Part shown: positions 8,574-18,425 of the stretch, one piece after another
Numbering within the stretch: position 1 is the first letter of the stretch
Layout of the letters: each line of letters opens with the position of its first letter
Assembly (NCBI GenBank): GCA_040388415.1
Contig: JAZKBV010000004.1
Coordinates: 24,069-88,068 of the forward strand
DNA from: Patescibacteria group bacterium
GTDB lineage: Bacteria; Patescibacteriota; Minisyncoccia; Phycocordibacterales; PALSA-1337
Direction of reading: 5' to 3'
DNA: 64,000 nt
Made by a program: the position numbers and the translations under genes
Notes under the pieces: generated by a model
The model's input: only the letters and a program-made list of their open reading frames with translations
The model's database searches: none
What the model was told of the DNA's origin: nothing

Positions 8574-9095
8574 TTATGGACTACCGAGCAACTTGGTAAA
8601 CGCACCATTTCCCGTCAGCCAATTGAGGATCTGATAAACGATGAACCATGCTGACAGCATGATGATCAAACCAATGAATATCTTTGGAAAAATATCCTTG
8701 GCATGACTACGGTCACTATCCTTACCTGTCATAAGTAAATATCCTGCATAGGTAAAGAGAACAATGGCGGCGAGGACACCGAGCACCATGGCAATGTTGA
8801 TGAGATGCTGGACCTGTATCATCATGCCATTAAAATTGCAGGGCACATATGGCTGCGCATGTCCGAATTTTTTCATAAATGCGGTCTCACCTGAAGGCGA
8901 TAATATCTCTCTCGTCTTCGTATCGAGATTAGCTGGCAGCTCTGGGCCATCGCACGCAACGATCCTGAATGACGACTGAGTAGGATCCTCACTTGCGCTA
9001 GGAGACGTTAATGTTTGAGTATTCTGTGCAAAGACTGAAGACGTAGCAAGGAGGCTAACGCTGAGAAGTATGAGAGAAAGGGTAATTTTTTTCAT
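8574..9095 (-). CDS. Pilin-like secreted/membrane protein, paralog 5
   Basis: Signal peptide MKKITLSLILLSVSLLATSSVFAQ. Two TM helices with loop MTGKDSDRSHAKD. C-terminal motif LSAWFIVYQILNWLTGNG. Confidence 0.5.
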   Translation of the reverse strand: MKKITLSLILLSVSLLATSSVFAQNTQTLTSPSASEDPTQSSFRIVACDGPELPANLDTKTREILSPSGETAFMKKFGHAQPYVPCNFNGMMIQVQHLINIAMVLGVLAAIVLFTYAGYLLMTGKDSDRSHAKDIFPKIFIGLIIMLSAWFIVYQILNWLTGNGAFTKLLGSP

Positions 9096-9099
9096 GGTA

Positions 9100-10398
9100 T
9101 TACTGCGTTGTCGCTTGTCTGATCAAAGAGTCATATCGTATGCCCGTATCTTCGATCGCTTGGAAAGACGACCTCTGCCCTGTCGTGATTGATTCTATCA
9201 TATTGCCGAGTAATTGGGCTGACTGAACTGGGTCTGGATCGAGCCATGCTTTGCTGACAAGTGCTGCCTCGCCGAATACTGAAAGATATGGATCACTCGA
9301 GCCTTGAGCGATAAGATCGGTGCGCACGGGAGGCAGATACATCGTCTTTGCGAGCGAAGCGAGATAGGTTGGTTGAGTCAGTATAGAGAGAACTTGATAT
9401 GTGCCGTTGGCATTTGCACTTGAACGAACGATGGAGAAACCGTACATGCGTCCATAGGTCGCCTTGACGCCTCCCTTGCGTATCTGCGGAAGCGGTGCAG
9501 CGTCAAAATTGAGATTCTGGTTTTTTTCACGGATACTCGAAAGCTCTGAAGCAAATCCAAAATACGTAGCAAGATCGCCCGCAAGGAAAGCAGTGCGAGA
9601 ATCTGACATGCCGCGGTTCCAAGAATAATTCGGGTTGGTGGCGTCGACAAATTGTGAGAAGAAATCAAGTACGAGCTTTGGATTCACTTGCGCCGATAGA
9701 CGCAATGTCGACTGAAGCGTTCCTTGAGCATTGTATGCAGTGACAGGGTTACCCATTTGCATCAGGAGTGAGCCGAGGATCTCACGAGCACTCAAGACAT
9801 TGGTGAAATCGCCAAGAGCGATGGCCGATTTTCTGACGTTGCCGTTTGAATCTTTGACGGTGAGCTTTGGGATGATAGTGGTGAACTCGTCCCAGTAATG
9901 GGGATAAGTTGCTATGCCTGCAGTATTGAACATGTCGCGATTCCAATACATGATCAATGGATCAATAGTGAAAGGCAGTGCGAGTATGCCTGTATCCGTC
10001 GTATACATCTGAGCCTCCTGGATATACGTATCTCTATATGTGCGTGCAGAAAGCGCAGAGTACGGTATGAGCGCAATCTTGTCCTCATGTGGCAAGATTG
10101 TGTCTGCCGGGATGAGGATAGCGTCAGGGCCTATACCGCGTGCGAGAGCTGCGATGAACTGCTGTGAGAAAGCTGATGGATCTATCTGCTTGTAGGTAAC
10201 TGAAATCGGCGATGACGAGTTGTTATTTATATTTGAAACATAATCGTTGAATATGCCTGAAGAAAATGTGCCCCATATGGTGATAGCGGGCAATTGTGTG
10301 CTGCTGCTCGTATTCCCTTTGTACATAGCAAATGAAACTACACCCACAATGATGAAAAGTACGAATACGCCGAGAAGGATAATTTGAAATTTGGTCAT
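9100..10398 (-). CDS. Membrane-anchored extracellular solute-binding-protein-like protein (SBP family 1-like), orphan
   Basis: N-terminal TM anchor. SBP-like motifs: LPAITIWGTF, GIGPDAILIPADTI, YWNRDMFNTAGI. No adjacent permease or ATPase genes. Confidence 0.45.
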   Translation of the reverse strand: MTKFQIILLGVFVLFIIVGVVSFAMYKGNTSSSTQLPAITIWGTFSSGIFNDYVSNINNNSSSPISVTYKQIDPSAFSQQFIAALARGIGPDAILIPADTILPHEDKIALIPYSALSARTYRDTYIQEAQMYTTDTGILALPFTIDPLIMYWNRDMFNTAGIATYPHYWDEFTTIIPKLTVKDSNGNVRKSAIALGDFTNVLSAREILGSLLMQMGNPVTAYNAQGTLQSTLRLSAQVNPKLVLDFFSQFVDATNPNYSWNRGMSDSRTAFLAGDLATYFGFASELSSIREKNQNLNFDAAPLPQIRKGGVKATYGRMYGFSIVRSSANANGTYQVLSILTQPTYLASLAKTMYLPPVRTDLIAQGSSDPYLSVFGEAALVSKAWLDPDPVQSAQLLGNMIESITTGQRSSFQAIEDTGIRYDSLIRQATTQ

Positions 10399-10408
10399 AA
10401 ATAAGTGT

Positions 10409-10927
10409 CTATAATCTCGTTAATACCAAACCGTAGTGGTGATCTCCGGCGCCAAATGACTGATCGAGCTTGAAACCACTTTTTTCAAAGAGCATTTGGG
10501 CACGGGCAGATGAAAACAATGTCTTTGGACTGAGCGGGCTACCACCATTCCAATCGATGACCATGACTTTGCCCCCTGGTTTAAGTACTCGCTTTATCTC
10601 CAATGCGAACTCTTCCGGCTTCTCTATTTGAAAGAGCACATTTGAAACGATCACACGGTCAGCGATATTTTCACGGAGCTTTGTGCCGCCGATCTTCTCG
10701 ATATTTGCCCAGATGACTTCTATATTATTCAAATGCTGGCTTGTGCCTGCTACGCGGATGCGCTCAAGGATGTCTTTTTGGATATCGATAGCATATACGC
10801 GACCGCCAGGACCGACGCGACGGGCTGATTCGATAGAATAAAAACCTGAACCAGCGCCGAGATCGACGACTTTCATACCGAGTGCAAGTCCGAGTTTAGA
10901 CAAGTTGGCATTTGGGTCTGAGAACAT
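10409..10927 (-). CDS. Class I SAM-dependent methyltransferase
   Basis: VVDLGAGSGFYS glycine-rich SAM motif. Start taken at MFSDPN (10927), downstream of the gyrA stop. Confidence 0.7.
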   Translation of the reverse strand: MFSDPNANLSKLGLALGMKVVDLGAGSGFYSIESARRVGPGGRVYAIDIQKDILERIRVAGTSQHLNNIEVIWANIEKIGGTKLRENIADRVIVSNVLFQIEKPEEFALEIKRVLKPGGKVMVIDWNGGSPLSPKTLFSSARAQMLFEKSGFKLDQSFGAGDHHYGLVLTRL

Positions 10928-10983
10928 GGCTATAGTATAGCAAAGGAGTAGGAAGAATGGAGAAAGGAGTATGGGGACAAATA

Positions 10984-13482
10984 CTAGAGGCACACCAAAC
11001 TGGCCAACTCATCTCCTTCACGAAGCTTCATGATGCGTACACCTTGAGTTGCACGACTGAGCGCAGGGATCTCTTTGATATCAACACGGATAACCTGACT
11101 GTTTTTTGACATAGCGATAATCTCTTCATCATCATCAGTGACTACCTTTGCAGCCATGAGAGCACCAGTCTTTGGAGTGACATTCATTGTGAGGATACCT
11201 GAACCACCACGACCTTGGACCTTATATTCGCTCAGGTCAGTCTTCTTACCATAACCATTGCCGCCCATGACAAAGAGAGCGGGATTCTTTGCATCTTTTG
11301 AAATGATATCAGCAGAGATAACCGCATCAGCCTCGATCTTTTTCTTTGGATCTGCATCAGCAAGCTTCATGACGCGTACGCCAGCGGCGTTTCTTCCCAT
11401 TTCACGTACATCACTTTCTTTGAAGCGAATCGACTGACCCTCCTTGGTTGCAATCATGACATCTTGTCCCTTTGAGACAAACGAAGCTGAGATGAGCACG
11501 TCGCCAGCATCGAGCGTGATAGCGATGAGTCCTGAACGACGCACATCTTTGAACTGCTGAGCTGATGTCTTCTTGCCTGTTCCATTACGGGTAACCATCA
11601 TGAGTGAAAGACCTTCTGCGGCTCTCTTGTCTTTTGGCATTGGCAAAATAGAAGTGATGCGCTCGCCATCAGCCAGAGAAATAAAGTTCATAATCGACTT
11701 GCCACGTGTAGCGCGCTTACCCTCTGGAATCTCAAACATCTTGATCTGATATGCCTTTCCACGATCACTGAAGAACAAGAGGTCGTTGTGCGTTGAAGCA
11801 TACACAAGGTGCGTGATGAAATCTTCCTCCTTTGTATCGAGATCGACAACGCCAACGCCACCGCGCTTCTGTTTGCGGTATTCACCTGGATCAGTACGCT
11901 TGATATAACCACCCTTGGTGAGAACGAGTACTGACTCTTGATCTGGGATGAGGTCTTCAGCCACAAACTCCTTTACCCCGTGCTTGACGAGCTTGGTACG
12001 ACGTTCATTGCCATAACGAGCCTTGATCTCAGTGAGTTCGTTCTTGATGATAGAACGAATCTTTTTGTCACTGCCGAGAATGCCCTTGAGCTCTTCGATG
12101 AGCGCTTGGACTTCTGCCAACTCATCGAGGACCTTTTTACGCTCGAGACCAGCGAGTTTGACGAGACGCATATCAAGGATGGCTTGTGCTTGAAGATCAC
12201 TGAACTTGAATTTCTTTATAAGAGCTGCCTTTGCTTCGACGGCGTCCTTTGAAGCACGGATAAGAGAAATGATCTCGTCGATATGGTCGAGAGCTTTCTT
12301 GAGACCGAGGAGGATATGCTCGCGCGCTTCAGCAGCATTGAGATCGAACTGAGTGCGACGACGAATGACTTCGATACGATGTTTAACGAACTCTTGAAGG
12401 ATAGTCTTGAGGCCAAGTGTATGAGGCACACCATCGACGAGCGCCACCATGTTGACGTGGAACGACTCTTCGAGCTGAGTGTGCTTGTAAATGAGGTTGA
12501 GGACCTTTTCTGGGAATGAACCGGACTTGAGATCAATGACGATGCGGATATCTTTGTCTGACTCATCACGGAGACCACGTACACCCTCAAGAATCTTTTC
12601 GCGGACGAGATCTGCGATCTTGATGATGAGCTCGTTCTTGTTCACGCGGAACGGGATCGAGGTGATAATGATCTGATACTGACCTTTTTTATCTTCAGTT
12701 ATCTCAGCTTCACCACGCACGACGATGCCACCACGGCCAGTTGCGTAGGCATGATGAATGTCTTTTTCGCCATACATGACTGCACCGAGTGGAAAGTCGG
12801 GGCCTTTGATGAATGTGAGCATATCCTCAGTCGTTGCTTGGGGGTTTTCGATGAGATGTACTGTGGCGTCGACTATCTCTCCCAAGTTATGTGGAGGAAT
12901 GTTCGTCGCCATACCGACAGCGATGCCGAGAGTGCCGTTTAAAAGAAGGTTCGGGACAGCGGTCGGCATGACGCTCGGCTCTTTCTTTGTACCATCGTAG
13001 TTTGGATGAAAATTGACTGTGTCTTTGTCGATATCGCGGAGGAGCTCGGCTGACATGCGTGACATGCGCGCTTCGGTATAACGCATAGCAGCAGCTGGGT
13101 CACCGTCGACAGTACCAAAGTTACCTTGTCCTTGGACCAGCGGATAACGCATAGTGAAATCCTGAGCCATCTTGACCATAGAATCGTACACAGCAACATC
13201 GCCGTGTGGGTGATAGTTACCGAGCACATCACCCACAACCACGGCAGACTTACGGAACTTGGCAGAAGCAGTCAGGCCTTTTTCATGCATAGCAAAAAGG
13301 ATACGGCGGTGCACTGGCTTGAGACCGTCACGGACATCAGGCAATGCGCGGTCAGTAATAACTGACATAGCATAGTCGAGGAACGAGTTGCGCATCTCAA
13401 CCGTGATTGATCGTGCGCGGATACCATCTGCTTCAGGACGCTTCTCAACAGGGATTTCAGGCTGTTCTGATTTTTTTGCCAT
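10984..13482 (-). CDS. gyrA: DNA gyrase subunit A
   Basis: [10 protein letters not shown] and [10 protein letters not shown] motifs, the active-site region, and C-terminal beta-pinwheel repeats. 832 aa. Confidence 0.95.
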   Translation of the reverse strand: MAKKSEQPEIPVEKRPEADGIRARSITVEMRNSFLDYAMSVITDRALPDVRDGLKPVHRRILFAMHEKGLTASAKFRKSAVVVGDVLGNYHPHGDVAVYDSMVKMAQDFTMRYPLVQGQGNFGTVDGDPAAAMRYTEARMSRMSAELLRDIDKDTVNFHPNYDGTKKEPSVMPTAVPNLLLNGTLGIAVGMATNIPPHNLGEIVDATVHLIENPQATTEDMLTFIKGPDFPLGAVMYGEKDIHHAYATGRGGIVVRGEAEITEDKKGQYQIIITSIPFRVNKNELIIKIADLVREKILEGVRGLRDESDKDIRIVIDLKSGSFPEKVLNLIYKHTQLEESFHVNMVALVDGVPHTLGLKTILQEFVKHRIEVIRRRTQFDLNAAEAREHILLGLKKALDHIDEIISLIRASKDAVEAKAALIKKFKFSDLQAQAILDMRLVKLAGLERKKVLDELAEVQALIEELKGILGSDKKIRSIIKNELTEIKARYGNERRTKLVKHGVKEFVAEDLIPDQESVLVLTKGGYIKRTDPGEYRKQKRGGVGVVDLDTKEEDFITHLVYASTHNDLLFFSDRGKAYQIKMFEIPEGKRATRGKSIMNFISLADGERITSILPMPKDKRAAEGLSLMMVTRNGTGKKTSAQQFKDVRRSGLIAITLDAGDVLISASFVSKGQDVMIATKEGQSIRFKESDVREMGRNAAGVRVMKLADADPKKKIEADAVISADIISKDAKNPALFVMGGNGYGKKTDLSEYKVQGRGGSGILTMNVTPKTGALMAAKVVTDDDEEIIAMSKNSQVIRVDIKEIPALSRATQGVRIMKLREGDELASLVCL

Positions 13483-13598
13483 GGGAATTACAAAATAATA
13501 GGAAAATTAATGATAGGAATGTCTATATATTATAGCATTTTTTCATACATCAAACACATTGACATGATGTAGATTTACTGTAGTTATTTAACTCTGTT

Positions 13599-13895
13599 CT
13601 ACTTCCCTGGCGCAACTTGAATATCAGTATAGGTAACGACACGAGGTTTGAATATGAGATCTTTGATATCGCCAAAAAAACCTCCAACACTGGCAGTTAA
13701 CGACTGAGCTGGCGTACCAGCCTGCTCCACTGCATGAGCAACTGCTTGCTGGGTGTTCTTGCCAACGCTCGTAAATGAAGCGATCCAAAAAGTGAAAATA
13801 ACAAGCGTAATGCCGAATGCTGACCAAAAAGCGATCTGCTTTCTCACATGCTCAGGTTTTGATCGTAAATTTTCTATATGTGTTTGGATGCTCAT
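13599..13895 (-). CDS. Hypothetical small membrane protein
   Basis: 98 aa with one TM helix (FWSAFGITLVIFTFWIASF). Confidence 0.4.
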   Translation of the reverse strand: MSIQTHIENLRSKPEHVRKQIAFWSAFGITLVIFTFWIASFTSVGKNTQQAVAHAVEQAGTPAQSLTASVGGFFGDIKDLIFKPRVVTYTDIQVAPGK

Positions 13896-13936
13896 GTGTA
13901 TTTAGTTTAGCATTCGTACCTCGAGGCGCAAGTGTA

Positions 13937-14569
13937 TTATTCTTGCTCCAAAACGATAACCTCCGCATCCTTGCCTTCAAGATCTTTTTTCTTGAGAGTG
14001 AGCTTCGGTTCTGGCTTTGGATTCTCACCGGCTTCTTTGAGGAATATCTTGAGCGAATCTTTGTTACCAATATCACCATAGTGCATAGGAATAATGATCT
14101 TTGGCTCAAGAGCGACAGCGAGCTTATATGCTTTTGAAGCATCGAGAACGCCTTCACCACCGATCGGTACAAAGAGAATATCGATACCATCGACGCCTTC
14201 GTCCGCATCTTTTGGAAGCGCTTCCTGATCAATCGCACCAAGGAAACAGATATTCATGCCTTCGAGAGCAACAGAATAAATCGTATTGATGCGCTTTTCG
14301 CCATCATAATTCGACTCTGAGCCAAAGCCTTTGATGAAGACACCTTTGACTTCATATTCGCCAGGACCACTAATAGCAAACGGCTTCTTTTCACCGAAAC
14401 CGACCTGATCGATACCATTCATGTCAGGATGATTGAGCGTCGAAAGGACCACATCAGCACCAAACTTGCTCGTTTTGAGCTTTGAATCTTTTGAAATAGG
14501 GTTAAATGCAAGCGTTGTATCACCAAATGAAACTTTGAATGACTCGCCACCAAGGTATGTAATAATCAT
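13937..14569 (-). CDS. MBL-fold metal-dependent hydrolase
   Basis: A family resemblance to beta-lactamase-fold hydrolases of this size. The canonical HxHxDH motif was not explicitly located. Confidence 0.6.
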   Translation of the reverse strand: MIITYLGGESFKVSFGDTTLAFNPISKDSKLKTSKFGADVVLSTLNHPDMNGIDQVGFGEKKPFAISGPGEYEVKGVFIKGFGSESNYDGEKRINTIYSVALEGMNICFLGAIDQEALPKDADEGVDGIDILFVPIGGEGVLDASKAYKLAVALEPKIIIPMHYGDIGNKDSLKIFLKEAGENPKPEPKLTLKKKDLEGKDAEVIVLEQE

Positions 14570-14690
14570 AGTTTTTTGATTGTATCATATCAATATTTGC
14601 GGCACTAGGGCTTTATTGACTTTATCTGTAAAGAGTGCTAGAGTGCTCAATCGCTGTTCTTAGGCGAAAGCCATTCCTACACGTGTAGAA

Positions 14691-15203
14691 ATGGCTCACA
14701 AACCAACTGAAAACCAAATACCGTTACACATGTCATTAAGCACACATAAGCAACCGAAGCATCTCTTACTCTTCACGGGTGACAATACCGTCAACCTCGA
14801 GGATTACTCCGATACTCTCGGAGACAATTACTACCTGCGCTCATGCGGTTGTCTGACCCTCGGTCGGATGGTCTTGCGTGAAGCCCGGGGACACAAGCTC
14901 GATCTGGTCGTCATCATGTGGGAACACATCGACCTCAAGACGGCTTCTGATATCGCCAAAGCAGTCAGAAGCGAGTTTCCTGATATGCCCATCGTCGTCA
15001 TTGCGCATCCGCGCGTGCACGAGTCCGAAATCAAGAAAATTGACCCTAAGGACGAGATGCATGTGATCCGGCTCAGCAAGGGCAAAGACCACATTCGGCT
15101 CTTTGCCAGCATCGTGCCCAACCTCGTCGGGGATCATGAGGACCACTGTCATCGTGACTCTCATGCGCACGAAACAACTGAAGTTCAACTGGCAACCGCC
15201 TGA
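14691..15203 (+). CDS. Hypothetical protein, possibly a degenerate receiver (CheY-like) domain, in a higher-GC segment
   Basis: KLDLVVIMWEHIDLKTASDIAKAVRSEFPDMPIVVIAHP resembles a response-regulator receiver. A palindrome overlaps the start codon. A terminator follows at 15226-15258. Confidence 0.45.
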   Translation: MAHKPTENQIPLHMSLSTHKQPKHLLLFTGDNTVNLEDYSDTLGDNYYLRSCGCLTLGRMVLREARGHKLDLVVIMWEHIDLKTASDIAKAVRSEFPDMPIVVIAHPRVHESEIKKIDPKDEMHVIRLSKGKDHIRLFASIVPNLVGDHEDHCHRDSHAHETTEVQLATA

Positions 15204-15225
15204 ATCTGTTAGTATTTGAAACACA

Positions 15226-15258
15226 CCACCGCCCAGAAGCAATTCGGGCGGTTTTTTA
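15226..15258 (+). terminator. Rho-independent terminator
   Basis: CCGCCCagaagcaattcGGGCGG followed by TTTTTT. Confidence 0.8.
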
Positions 15259-15418
15259 TTGGACAAATGAGACGTTTTAAGTTATTCTCTTCCATACGGC
15301 TGTAGAGCCATTTTTAGTCCGGTTATCAGTTCGTTTTAATAACTTCGTGTTATCCCGCACTTATCAAACCGCCATGGGGCGTTTATCAAATTAAAAAGCG
15401 GAGCGCGAAAAAATAAAT

Positions 15419-16633
15419 ATGTTCAAAAAAATAAAAGATTCGTTCGCAGGTAAGAGTGATTCGAAAGAAGTAAAGGGTGCAAAAACTCAGACAGAGATGA
15501 CAGACGATGAGTCTCGTGAGGCCAGTATCATTGCCAAGAAAAATGAGGCGATGATCATGACCGACGCTCAAAAGTCTACCGTCATGGGCAAAATGGTCGG
15601 TTCAATGAAGAACCCTCCACAGATCGGCGACCTCGTCGAAGGTCCAGTTCTCGCTATCGAGAAGTCATCTATATACGTTGACCTTGCTCCATTTGGAACA
15701 GGTATCATTTATGGACGTGAATTCATCATAGCTCGCGACGTTATCAAGAAGATCAACATCGGCGACACTATCGCCGCAAAGATTGTTGATAACACTCATC
15801 CAGAAGGCTATTACGAGCTCTCTCTCAAGGAAGCTCGTCAGGCACTCATTTGGAGCGAAGCTGAAGTCGCTATCAAAGAAAAGAAAGTTCTCGAAATCCT
15901 CGTCAAAGAGGCAAACAAGGGTGGTCTTCTCATGGAATGGCAAGGTATCGTTGGTTTCCTTCCAGCTTCACAGTTGAAGGGCGAGCACTATCCAAAGGTT
16001 GGTGATGGTGACAAGGATAAGATCCTCGAAGAGCTCAAAAAGCTCGTAGGTACACGTCTCTCAGTCTCTATCATCACTGCAGATCCAAAGGAAGGTAAGC
16101 TCATCTTCTCAGAAAAGGGTCCTGAATCTAAAGAAAAGGAAAAGATTGTCAGTAAGTACGAAGTCGGCGATGAAGTCGACGGTACAGTCACTGGCGTCGT
16201 TGATTTCGGTGTCTTCGTCAAGCTTGAAGAAGGTCTCGAAGGTCTCGTCCATATCTCTGAGATCGACTGGGGCCTCGTCGAGGATCCGAAGACCTTCGTT
16301 AAGGTTGGCTCAAAGATCCGCGTCAAGATCATCGAAGTTAAAGAAGGCAAGATTTCCCTCTCTATCAAACAGCTCCGTCCAAACCCATGGACAGAGGCTA
16401 GTAAGAAGTACAAAAAGGACATGCCTGTCACTGGCGTTATCATCAAGTTCAACAAGCATGGTGCCCTCGCTTCTATCGAAGAAGGCGTCGCTGGCTTGGT
16501 CCATGTATCAGAGTTCGGTTCAGAGGAGAAGTTGCGCAAGGCTCTCGAGCTCGGCAAGACCTATCCTTTCAAGATAACCGTCTTCGATCCAAAGGAACAG
16601 AAGATGGCTCTCGCGTATACAGGAACGAAATAG
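15419..16633 (+). CDS. rpsA: 30S ribosomal protein S1 (short form, four S1 domains)
   Basis: Repeated S1-domain signatures: GDLVEGPVLAIEKSSIYVDL; VGDEVDGTVTGVVDFGVFVKL...GLVHISEI; MPVTGVIIKFNKHGALASI...GLVHVSE. Confidence 0.8.
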   Translation: MFKKIKDSFAGKSDSKEVKGAKTQTEMTDDESREASIIAKKNEAMIMTDAQKSTVMGKMVGSMKNPPQIGDLVEGPVLAIEKSSIYVDLAPFGTGIIYGREFIIARDVIKKINIGDTIAAKIVDNTHPEGYYELSLKEARQALIWSEAEVAIKEKKVLEILVKEANKGGLLMEWQGIVGFLPASQLKGEHYPKVGDGDKDKILEELKKLVGTRLSVSIITADPKEGKLIFSEKGPESKEKEKIVSKYEVGDEVDGTVTGVVDFGVFVKLEEGLEGLVHISEIDWGLVEDPKTFVKVGSKIRVKIIEVKEGKISLSIKQLRPNPWTEASKKYKKDMPVTGVIIKFNKHGALASIEEGVAGLVHVSEFGSEEKLRKALELGKTYPFKITVFDPKEQKMALAYTGTK

Positions 16634-16726
16634 GGAGAAAGAGAATCATAAAGAAAAGGCCGCCAGAGATGGTGGCTTTTTCTATTGATTATGCTAATTT
16701 ATGCTCTGAAAGGTACAAAGAACACA

Positions 16727-17005
16727 ATGAAAATAAAAACAAAACTGGAACCGGCACCGACAAAAGCGGCAAAGCTACTGGCAGCCATGGCGAAACTGGC
16801 CCGGGAATATCCTGGACTGTTCCTCCTCATGGAGCGCAAAACATTCAAATTGCTCGGCATCAACCCCAAACTAAAACGTTTTTTTGAACCGGGCGAGGAA
16901 ATGAAAAGCTTGCGCGAATACCAGAAGACGCTTCCTGGATCGGTTAGCACGATCATTTTCGGTTCGACACCGGATGGTCAGCTCCTCGCGGGAAACTTCG
17001 GGTGA
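16727..17005 (+). CDS. Hypothetical small protein
   Basis: Start taken at MKIKTKLEP. No recognisable domain. A bidirectional terminator hairpin follows at 17026-17058. Confidence 0.35.
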   Translation: MKIKTKLEPAPTKAAKLLAAMAKLAREYPGLFLLMERKTFKLLGINPKLKRFFEPGEEMKSLREYQKTLPGSVSTIIFGSTPDGQLLAGNFG

Positions 17006-17025
17006 TCACTGTTCGGTGCTCATAT

Positions 17026-17058
17026 AAAAATCGGCAGGTATTTTATCTGCCGATTTTC
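17026..17058. terminator. Bidirectional intrinsic terminator between the small ORF and pth
   Basis: AAAAATCGGCAG gtattttat CTGCCGATTTT, with A/T runs on both sides. Confidence 0.7.
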
Positions 17059-17079
17059 ATTACCACTTTTTTAGTTTTA

Positions 17080-17715
17080 TTATTCCGTATTCGCCAGATT
17101 TGTCGCTCGTTCCCTACCATCCTTGATCCAGACTTGAACAACTTCAATCGCTTTCTTTGCCATCTTCTTGAGTTCCTTCATCTCTTCTTCTTTGAACTTG
17201 CCGAGAATGAACTTTTCAATCACATCTTCACCGTGTGGAACTTTAGCATCACCACTCTTTTTTGCCACAGCTGTACCGATACGGAGACGAGGAAAGGCTT
17301 CGGTCTTAACTGACTTGATAACAGACTCGAGACCGTTGTGCCCACCAGAACTTTTATTATAAGAAATTTTCATACGACCGATCGGCAACTGAAAATCATC
17401 ATAGATAACGAGGAGATCATCGGCAGCTTTGATTGACACCTTCTTTTCACCAACAAGCATCTTTATTGACTTCGTCTTCACAATTGATGCAAGAGACTTA
17501 CCGGAGTTATTCATAAAATTATCCGGCGCAACAAGCAACACTTTCTCTTTACCAACTTTTACTTCAGCAGTAAGAGCATTCAACTTTTTATTTATTTCAA
17601 ATTCACTGCCCGAATATTCTTTTCTAATGGCATCCAAAATAATACGTCCTGCGTTGTGACGAGTATTTTCATATTCTGCTCCTGGATTACCGAGACCAGC
17701 AATGATGTATGACAT
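17080..17715 (-). CDS. pth: Peptidyl-tRNA hydrolase
   Basis: MSYIIAGLGNPGAEYENTRHNAG N-terminal signature. Confidence 0.9.
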   Translation of the reverse strand: MSYIIAGLGNPGAEYENTRHNAGRIILDAIRKEYSGSEFEINKKLNALTAEVKVGKEKVLLVAPDNFMNNSGKSLASIVKTKSIKMLVGEKKVSIKAADDLLVIYDDFQLPIGRMKISYNKSSGGHNGLESVIKSVKTEAFPRLRIGTAVAKKSGDAKVPHGEDVIEKFILGKFKEEEMKELKKMAKKAIEVVQVWIKDGRERATNLANTE

Positions 17716-17770
17716 AACAACCAGTAAAACACGCCTTCCTCTCTTGTGTCAAACCCATTTTGGTACTACA

Positions 17771-18397
17771 ATGTATGTCATTATGGAGAACGAAAACAAT
17801 TTTCAGTTGAACGCAAATCAACCAGCTTCTCCCCTCCGCGAAAATGAGGACACGCTTTGGGACTCTATCAAAGAATGGGTCCAGGTCATCATTGTTGCAC
17901 TCATCATCGCCCTCCCTATCCGCTGGTATGTAGCCGAGCCATTCATCGTCAATGGCGCATCGATGGATCCTACCTTTGCTACGGGACAATTTCTCGTTGT
18001 TGACCGCCTCACCTATCATTTCGAAAATCCAAATCGTGGGGATGTTATCGTTTTTGAATATCCAAATGACCCAAGCACATACTATATCAAGCGCATCATC
18101 GGTCTTCCTGGCGAAACTGTCGATATAAAAGATGGTGAGATTACGATCATCAACAAAAAATACCCTGACGGCATCAAGCTCAACGAACCATATCTGGCTA
18201 ACGAGCATCTTTCGCATGACACTTCAACAAAGACATTGGGCCAGACAGAATATTTTGTCCTTGGCGACAACCGCGCACAAAGTTCAGATTCCCGTTTCTG
18301 GGGACCGCTCGACAAGCATTTCATCATCGGCCGTCCTATCGTACGATTGATGCCTATAACAAAACTCTCGCTCTGGCCTGGCCAAGAGAGTCAGTAG
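17771..18397 (+). CDS. lepB: Signal peptidase I
   Basis: GASMDPTF (Ser box), YIKRIIGLPGETV (Lys box) and GDNRAQSSDSRFWGP. Start moved to MYVIMENEN to avoid overlapping the divergent pth start. Confidence 0.85.
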   Translation: MYVIMENENNFQLNANQPASPLRENEDTLWDSIKEWVQVIIVALIIALPIRWYVAEPFIVNGASMDPTFATGQFLVVDRLTYHFENPNRGDVIVFEYPNDPSTYYIKRIIGLPGETVDIKDGEITIINKKYPDGIKLNEPYLANEHLSHDTSTKTLGQTEYFVLGDNRAQSSDSRFWGPLDKHFIIGRPIVRLMPITKLSLWPGQESQ

Positions 18398-18425
18398 AAG
18401 TCATCCTGAGATCGCTTATCACTGA

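Noticed and set aside
11688-13365. Multiple 60-124-aa ORFs on both strands inside gyrA (e.g. 11938-12252, 12216-12590, 12939-13238)
   Set aside because: They are nested within the 832-aa gyrA frame, whose translation matches GyrA motifs throughout. These are alternative-frame artefacts.
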